A model generated the notes under the pieces. That model was given only the letters and a program-made list of their open reading frames with translations. It searched no databases and was not told where the DNA came from. Position numbers and translations under genes: made by a program. From Macrostomum lignano (Eukaryota): 64,000 nucleotides of DNA. Location: assembly GCA_002269645.1 (NCBI GenBank), contig NIVC01000019.1:1054001-1118000 (forward strand), written 5' to 3'. Below are positions 55,405 through 64,000 of this stretch, piece after piece. Each line of letters begins with the position of its first letter. The first letter of the stretch is position 1.

Positions 55405-55640
55405 ACTTGGACTCGGAATCTTAGGGCCTAAGTAGCTTGTGCTTGGACTCGGAATCTTAGGGCCTAAGTAGCTTGTGCTTGGACTCGGAATCTTAGGGCC
55501 TAAGTAGCTTGTGCTTGGACTCGGAATCTTAGGGCCTAAGTTTGTGCTTGTGCTTGGACTCGGAATCTTAGGGCCTAAGTAGCTTGTGCTTGGACTCGGA
55601 ATCTTAGGGCCTAAGTTTGTGCTTGTGCTTGCTTGTGCTT
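55405..55640. repeat. 36-bp minisatellite (GTGCTTGGACTCGGAATCTTAGGGCCTAAGTAGCTT)
   Basis: Direct reading; about 6 copies. Confidence 0.9.
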
Positions 55641-55687
55641 GTTTACTAAAAATTGGCTGGAGGGTTGTTGTGCGATTCACACACCAT

Positions 55688-55815
55688 GAGGGCACAGAGA
55701 CTGTACATACCTGCCGATTAGAGCGTGTGTATGTGTACATATCTGTGTGACGGCATCGGCGCCCTTGTATGTGCTCAGGGAGTCAGCGGAAGGGCAGAAC
55801 TGCCTCGCCACTGGT
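55688..55815 (+). mobile_element. Diverged partial copy C of the same dispersed repeat
   Basis: GGCACAGAGACTGTACATACCT and GCTCAGGGAGTCAGCGGAAGGGCAGAACTGCCTC resemble 11523-11650. Confidence 0.4.
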
Positions 55816-56905
55816 GATGGGATGAGTTCAACAAGCGGACACCTACTTTCTCATCCGGCTCATCTCATGCTCTCACCCCAGACTAAAAGAACTAACCCTA
55901 AAGAAGCGCACGTTTTCCTTGTCAGAAATTGTCTGAAGCGACGGGCCGCCGCGACCTGCGGAGCTACTTTTCACCATCTATCTCCCTCTCCTCTCTATCG
56001 AGGCGCGGGATCGAATCTAGCTCAGCTGACCCCCAAGGCCGCTGGCTAATCTCGTCAGTTAGCATTCCTAATCAGGCTCCAACCCGCTCCTCAGTATTCG
56101 ATGATTTCATCTCGAGAGAAGAGCCAAAAATTCATTCGGAATTGCTAATTGTTTCTCAACGATTCCCTATTTCTCGGCCGCGTCGGCCGCCTGGCAAAAG
56201 TCACGTTCGCACGCGTCGATCGTTCCAGCAAAGAGAAGGCGCGAGAGAGGTAGAGAGAGAGAGAGAGAGAGAGAGGGCAGCATAGGCAGGGTTGGCGGGC
56301 CGGGTTAAGCCGAAAATTTCTATTCCAACTGAATTTCGTTCGTGGGCACTATTACCGAATTAATGTAATTCTTGACTCCCTTGGGACTAGCGCGAGTTAT
56401 ATATAGGATTTGCTCAGCTGAGCATCTCTGCTCGTACGCTCGTAATGCGCTCGTAAGCCACTTCTTTAATACTCTAATCTGTCTCTCACCAAAACACACT
56501 GTTTTATGCATCTCCGTGCGCGCATAATCGCCTCGCGCATGGCGGATATTTTCCCAACCGCCCTGAGACGGAGACGGGCGCGGCGGCAGCTTTTTCTTGG
56601 GCCCCCGACCCAACCCAACTGGGGAGAAATCGCGTGACTGACGGAGCTGACGGTGGGAGTTGATGAGGAAATTCGCCCCGGCAAAAATTCTGCGTGTCGC
56701 TTAGCTGCCTTCTTTTCTGCCTGCCTGCCTGCCTGCTGCTTCGGCTGCTGCTCTTCAAAAATAATGGGAAATGAGTGAGAGGATGAGGGGAGATTTCTTC
56801 CTGCTCCGGAGCTGCTGCTGGACTTTCAAAGCGCTTCAAGACTCGCTTCACTTTGTGTTGGCACGCTAGGGTTTCGAGCCATGGCAGCTCTTTTCCTTTT
56901 CCCAT

Positions 56906-58005
56906 GCCAGATCCCAGATCCAGATCCCAGATCCAGATCCCAGATCCAGATCCCAGATCCAGATCCCAGATCCAGATCCCAGATCCAGATCCCAGATCCA
57001 GATCCCAGATCCAGATCCCAGATCCAGATCCCAGATCCAGATCCCAGATCCAGATCCCAGATCCAGATCCCAGATCCAGATCCCAGATCCAGATCCCAGA
57101 TCCAGATCCCAGATCCAGATCCCAGATCCAGATCCCAGATCCAGATCCCAGATCCAGATCCCAGATCCAGATCCCAGATCCAGATCCCAGATCCAGATCC
57201 CAGATCCAGATCCCAGATCCAGATCCCAGATCCAGATCCCAGATCCAGATCCCAGATCCAGATCCCAGATCCAGATCCCAGATCCAGATCCCAGATCCAG
57301 ATCCCAGATCCAGATCCCAGATCCAGATCCCAGATCCAGATCCCAGATCCAGATCCCAGATCCAGATCCCAGATCCAGATCCCAGATCCAGATCCCAGAT
57401 CCAGATCCCAGATCCAGATCCCAGATCCAGATCCCAGATCCAGATCCCAGATCCAGATCCCAGATCCAGATCCCAGATCCAGATCCCAGATCCAGATCCC
57501 AGATCCAGATCCCAGATCCAGATCCCAGATCCAGATCCCAGATCCAGATCCCAGATCCAGATCCCAGATCCAGATCCCAGATCCAGATCCCAGATCCAGA
57601 TCCCAGATCCAGATCCCAGATCCAGATCCCAGATCCAGATCCCAGATCCAGATCCCAGATCCAGATCCCAGATCCAGATCCCAGATCCAGATCCCAGATC
57701 CAGATCCCAGATCCAGATCCCAGATCCAGATCCCAGATCCAGATCCCAGATCCAGATCCCAGATCCAGATCCCAGATCCAGATCCCAGATCCAGATCCCA
57801 GATCCAGATCCCAGATCCAGATCCCAGATCCAGATCCCAGATCCAGATCCCAGATCCAGATCCCAGATCCAGATCCCAGATCCAGATCCCAGATCCAGAT
57901 CCCAGATCCAGATCCCAGATCCAGATCCCAGATCCAGATCCCAGATCCAGATCCCAGATCCAGATCCCAGATCCAGATCCCAGATCCAGATCCAGATCCC
58001 AGATC
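56906..58005. repeat. Near-perfect 13-bp minisatellite (CAGATCCCAGATC), about 85 copies
   Basis: Direct reading. Confidence 0.96.
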
Positions 58006-59040
58006 CCTGAATCTCAGACCCCTGAATCTCAGACCCCTGAATCTCAGACCCCTGAATCTCAGACCCCTGAATCTCAGACCCCTGAATCTCAGACCCCTGA
58101 ATCTCAGACCCCTGAATCTCAGACCCCTGAATCTCAGACCCCTGAATCTCAGACCCCTGAATCTCAGACCCCTGAATCTCAGACCCCTGAATCTCAGACC
58201 CCTGAATCTCAGACCCCTGAATCTCAGACCCCTGAATCTCAGACCCCTGAATCTCAGACCCCTGAGATTCTGAATCTCAGACCCCTGAATCTCAGACCCC
58301 TGAATCTCAGACCCCTGAATCTCAGACCCCTGAATCTCAGACCCCTGAATCTCAGACCCCTGAATCTCAGACCCCTGAATCTCAGACCCCTGAATCTCTC
58401 AGACCCCTGAATCTCAGACCCCTGAGATTATGAATCTCAGACCCCTGAATCTCTCAGACCCCTGAATCTCAGACCCCTGAATCTCAGACCCCTGAATCTC
58501 AGACCCCTGAATCTCAGACCCCTGAATCTCAGACCCCTGAATCTCAGACCCCTGAATCTCAGACCCCTGAATCTCTCAGACCCTTGAATCTCAGACCCCT
58601 GAATCTCAGACCCCTGAATCTCAGACCCCTGAATCTCAGACCCCTGAATCTCTCAGACCCCTGAATCTCAGACCCCTGAGATTCTGAATCTCAGACCCCT
58701 GAATCTCTCAGACCCCTGAATCTCAGACCCCTGAATCTCAGACCCCTGAATCTCAGACCCCTGAATCTCAGACCCCTGAATCTCAGACCCCTGAATCTCA
58801 GACCCCTGAATCTCAGACCCCTGAATCTCAGACCCCTGAATCTCAGACCCCTGAATCTCAGACCCCTGAATCTCAGACCCCTGAATCTCAGACCCCTGAA
58901 TCTCAGACCCCTGAATCTCTCAGACCCTTGAATCTCAGACCCCTGAATCTCAGACCCCTGAATCTCTCAGACCCCTGAATCTCAGACCCCTGAATCTCTC
59001 AGACCCCTGAATCTCAGACCCCTGAATCTCAGACCTCAGA
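58006..59040. repeat. 15-bp minisatellite (CCCTGAATCTCAGAC) abutting the 13-bp array
   Basis: Direct reading. Confidence 0.95.
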
Positions 59041-59811
59041 TTCTTTAGACCTCAGGCGGAGCCTGAATGAATAATTCAATAGCAATCTTTCTCTCCGAGT
59101 CGTCCCATCCCCAATGCGCATGGGAGACAACTCAGCTGCTACTCAGCTTTCCTCCCTAGATTTCCCTAGTGCCAGAAGGACCTTTAATGCGATAAGGCTT
59201 TGGCCCGGGGTGCTGTGTTGCTTGACAAAACCAGTCAAGAAGCTCTTCATTCTGGATTCCCCCCCCCCACTGCGCCCCTCTGCCTCACATGCGCTCAGAA
59301 GTAACATGAGAACAGCAGATAGAGCGAACATTAATAAGCTCAATATCCAATATAGTGGGGGGACAGCACGGATAGCTGCAGAGCAGAGCTTTCTGAGCTC
59401 AAAGTCAGCAACAGACATTCTGTCTCTCTTCTCTCTCCTTGTCTGTCTCCGCGTGTTTTTTTGGTTTTTTGGGTTTATAAAATGAAATTGGAGATTGGAC
59501 TCGTTTAAATTTGATTCGTTCTGCTGAGCAGCGATACAGAACGAACTCATTGGAATCTGAGGAAGATTTTGCTTTGCCACGTTCCCCAAATTTTTGGCGC
59601 CAGAAGCAGCAGAGCAAAGATAACAGGCCCCTGACCGAAGCTAATTCACTTTTTCCCGCTTGCTCCGGGCCACTCGCATCCCTAACTTTCGTTTATTCCC
59701 TGCATGTCCTTCAAAGTGAGACTTCTCAATACTCTTCCTATCACAACTTGCCAAATTAAATTTGTCATGCCAAAAGCTGGCTGAACTCAGTAAAATGAGT
59801 GGGAGAAAATG

Positions 59812-60530
59812 CTGGGATAAATGGTAGATAAATAGGGAATAAATGGTAGATAAATAGGGAATAAATGGTAGATAAATAGGGAATAAATGGTGGATAATTG
59901 GGAATAAATGGTGGATAAATAGGGAATAAATGGTAGATAAATAGGGAATAAATGGTAGATAAATAGGGAATAAATGGTGGATAAATAGGGAATAAATGGT
60001 GGATAAATAGGGAATAAATGGTAGATAAATAGGGAATAAATGGTAGATAAATAGGGAATAAATGGTGGATAAATAGGGAATAAATGGTGGATAAATAGGG
60101 AATAAATGGTGGATAAATAGGGAATAAATGGTGGATAAATAGGGAATAAATGGTGGATAAATAGGGAATAAATGGTGGATAAATAGGGAATAAATGGTGG
60201 ATAAATAGGGAATAAATGGTGGATAAATAGGGAATAAATGGTGGATAAATAGGGAATAAATGGTAGATAAATAGGGAATAAATGGTAGATAAATAGGGAA
60301 TAAATGGTGGATAAATAGGGAATAAATGGTAGATAAATAGGGAATAAATGGTAGATAAATAGGGAATAAATGGTGGATAAATAGGGAATAAATGGTGGAT
60401 AAATAGGGAATAAATGGTAGATAAATAGGGAATAAATGGTAGATAAATAGGGAATAAATGGTAGATAAATAGGGAATAAATGGTGGATAAATAGGGAATA
60501 AATGGTGGATAAATAGGAGATAAATGGGGG
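59812..60530. repeat. 22-bp purine-rich minisatellite (ATAAATAGGGAATAAATGGTGG)
   Basis: Direct reading; about 32 copies. Confidence 0.95.
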
Positions 60531-61255
60531 TATGGAGGCAAATGGGGAAAAGTAGGTATGAATTGGGATATATGGGGATACATTTGGGAAAAAATGGGGA
60601 TAAATGGAGTAAATGGGGATAAATATGGGATAACAAGCCAGATCGATAAATGACTTTGCTCTTCCAAGTACTTTCTAGTGAGCCCTGGCGGCATGTGATG
60701 GCTACTACTGGCAAGATGCAGACAGGGCCAGATTGAGCAGTGGACGGGGTCGGGCAGTTTTGGATAATGAGCGGAGGGAGAAAGAGATCGAGAGCCTCAA
60801 CCTCTAACGCCAGTCCCGTCTTCCTTCTTGTCCCTCACAAGGCCCGCAGACTGGCTAGGACAAGAGGCTTCAGCGCTTTCTCCTCCTCCCCCCGTCATTT
60901 ATCCCAAAAAGGGGAAGCGAGAAAGAGAGAGGAGTAGGAAGCCGGAGTAAAGTTATCCCGGGGGGTCGCCAGGCGCCCATGTCCTGATGAGCGCGCGGGA
61001 CGTTCATTCTGGTTTCATTGGCATGAGAATCGGAGAGTTGGCCTGAGTCGGATCCATGAAAAATTGCTCCCAGGTGGCTTCGGGAAGCATGTATTTGATG
61101 CTTTAAAGACGTTATAGAGACGTTATACGCTCGTAGGTCTGCATTAAGAAGAGTGTTCTTTTGCGATCTGTGAACCTTATGGAGCGGAGCGGTAGCCTTG
61201 GGCTAATTACAGAGTATGCTATGCTGGCAGTGGACTCCTTCTGGCAATGGCGAAG

Positions 61256-61258
<3 letters not shown>

Positions 61259-61305
<47 letters not shown>
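61259..61305. repeat. (CT)n dinucleotide
   Basis: Direct reading. Confidence 0.9.
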
Positions 61306-61309
<4 letters not shown>

Positions 61310-61477
61310 TCTTTCTCTCCTTGCTTTGCCTAAAAATTTTTGTGAAAAAGGTTAGCTAGGATCTGGTTATTTTGTATTTTTAATTGCTCTTTGAAAAATT
61401 AATCCGCGTGTTTATGCTAAATCTCGACCACATACAGATCAAAGCTTTGACGATTGATTAAATTGCGTGACTGCATT

Positions 61478-64000
61478 GCGTGATCCCACCGCTGTCACCA
61501 CACTATCGATATACTGGCACCGTGATCCCACCGCTGTCACCACCCTATCGATATACTGGCACCGTGATCCCACCGCTGTCACCACCCTATCGATATACTG
61601 GCACCGTGATCCCACCGCTGTCACCACACTATCAATATACTGGCACCGTGATCCCACCGCTGTCACCACCCTATCGATATACTGGCACCGTGATCCCACT
61701 GCTGTCACCACCCTATCGATATACTGGCACCGTGATCCCACTGCTGTCACCACCCTATCGATATACTGGCACCATGATCCCACCGCTGTCACCACCCTAT
61801 CAATATACTGGCACCGTGATCCCACCGCTGTCACCACCCTATCGATATACTGGCACCGTGATCTCACCGCTGTCACCACCCTATCGATATACTGGCACCA
61901 TGATCCCGCCGCTGTCACCACACTATCGATATACTGGCACCATGATCCCGCCGCTGTCACCACACTATCAATATACTGGCACCGTGATCCCACCGCTGTC
62001 ACCACACTATCGATATACTGGCACCATGATCCCGCCGCTGTCACCACACTATCAATATACTGGCACCGTGATCCCACCGCTGTCACCACACTATCGATAC
62101 ACTGGCACCATGATCTCACCGCTGTCACCACACTATCGATACACTGGCACCATGATCCCACCGCTGTCACCACACTATCGATATACTGGCACCATGATCC
62201 CACCGCTGTCACCACACTATCGAAACACTGGCACCGTGATCCCACCGCTGTCACCACACTATCGAAACACTGGCACCGTGATCTCACCGCTGTCACCACA
62301 CTATCGATACACTGGCACCATGATCCCACCGCTGTCACCACACTATCGATACACTGGCACCGTGATCCCACCGCTGTCACCACACTATCGAAACACTGGC
62401 ACCGTGATCTCACCGCTGTCACCACACTATCGATACACTGGCACCATGATCCCACCGCTGTCACCACACTATCGATACACTGGCACCGTGATCTCACCGC
62501 TGTCACCACACTATCGATACACTGGCACCGCGATCCCACCGCTGTCACCACACTATCGAAACACTGGCACCGTGATCTCACCGCTGTCACCACACTATCG
62601 ATACACTGGCACCATGATCCCACCGCTGTCACCACACTATCGATACACTGGCACCGTGATCTCACCGCTGTCACCACACTATCGAAACACTGGCACCGTG
62701 ATCTCACCGCTGTCACCACACTATCGAAACACTGGCACCGTGATCTCACCGCTGTCACCACACTATCGATACACTGGCACCATGATCCCACCGCTGTCAC
62801 CACACTATCGATACACTGGCACCGTGATCTCACCGCTGTCACCACACTATCGAAACACTGGCACCGTGATCTCACCGCTGTCACCACACTATCGATACAC
62901 TGGCACCATGATCCCACCGCTGTCACCACACTATCGATACACTGGCACCGTGATCTCACCGCTGTCACCACACTATCGAAACACTGGCACCGTGATCTCA
63001 CCGCTGTCACCACACTATCGATACACTGGCACCATGATCCCACCGCTGTCACCACACTATCGATACACTGGCACCATGATCCCACCGCTGTCACCACACT
63101 ATCGATACACTGGCACCATGATCCCACCGCTGTCACCACACTATCGATACACTGGCACCATGATCCCACCGCTGTCACCACACTATCGATACACTGGCAC
63201 CATGATCCCACCGCTGTCACCACACTATCGATACACTGGCACCGTGATCCCACCGCTGTCACCACCCTATCGATATACTGGCACCGTGATCTCACCGCTG
63301 TCACCACCCTATCGATATACTGGCACCGTGATCCCACCGCTGTCACCACACTATCGATACACTGGCACCATGATCCCACCGCTGTCACCACACTATCGAT
63401 ACACTGGCACCATGATCCCACCGCTGTCACCACACTATCGATATACTGGCACCATGATCCCACCGCTGTCACCACACTATCGAAACACTGGCACCGTGAT
63501 CCCACCGCTGTCACCACACTATCGAAACACTGGCACCGTGATCTCACCGCTGTCACCACACTATCGATACACTGGCACCATGATCCCACCGCTGTCACCA
63601 CACTATCGATACACTGGCACCGTGATCCCACCGCTGTCACCACACTATCGAAACACTGGCACCGTGATCTCACCGCTGTCACCACACTATCGATACACTG
63701 GCACCATGATCCCACCGCTGTCACCACACTATCGATACACTGGCACCGTGATCTCACCGCTGTCACCACACTATCGATACACTGGCACCGTGATCCCACC
63801 GCTGTCACCACACTATCGAAACACTGGCACCGTGATCTCACCGCTGTCACCACACTATCGATACACTGGCACCATGATCCCACCGCTGTCACCACACTAT
63901 CGATACACTGGCACCGTGATCTCACCGCTGTCACCACACTATCGAAACACTGGCACCGTGATCTCACCGCTGTCACCACACTATCGATACACTGGCACCA
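61478..64000. repeat. 42-bp minisatellite (CACTGGCACCATGATCCCACCGCTGTCACCACACTATCGATA), at least 60 copies, runs off the window
   Basis: Direct reading. Confidence 0.96.

Overview
Eukaryotic (metazoan), repeat-saturated genomic window. The GC-rich codons, GT-AG introns and about 45% tandem-repeat content suggest a flatworm such as Macrostomum; this is inference only. Contents: (1) an NMDA-receptor GluN1-like gene on the + strand, with 8 exons that splice in frame from 3915 to 26379 (866 codons: ATD, S1, M1-M3, half of S2). Its last exons (rest of S2, M4, tail) are not recognisable in the remaining 37.6 kb. (2) A complete 3-exon, 634-aa type I transmembrane LRR gene nested antisense in the 16.5-kb intron 4, with a SINE-like element in one of its introns and a MITE in the other. 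(3) A full-length, very young Ty3/Gypsy LTR retrotransposon (identical 225-bp LTRs, 5-bp TSD, intact 1339-aa gag-pol) inserted in a microsatellite. (4) A 2-exon SSUH2-like zinc-finger/CaaX gene. (5) About 38 distinct mini/microsatellite arrays. Most notable: the GluN1 glycine pocket is degenerate (F484->I, S688->P by alignment from memory); the ATD carries a 49-aa Arg-rich furin-like insert; and intron 4 has G/purine-rich arrays in its 5' half and partly complementary C/pyrimidine-rich arrays in its 3' half, suggesting a fold-back RNA that bridges the splice sites around the nested gene. All alignments were done by eye; no database searches were run.
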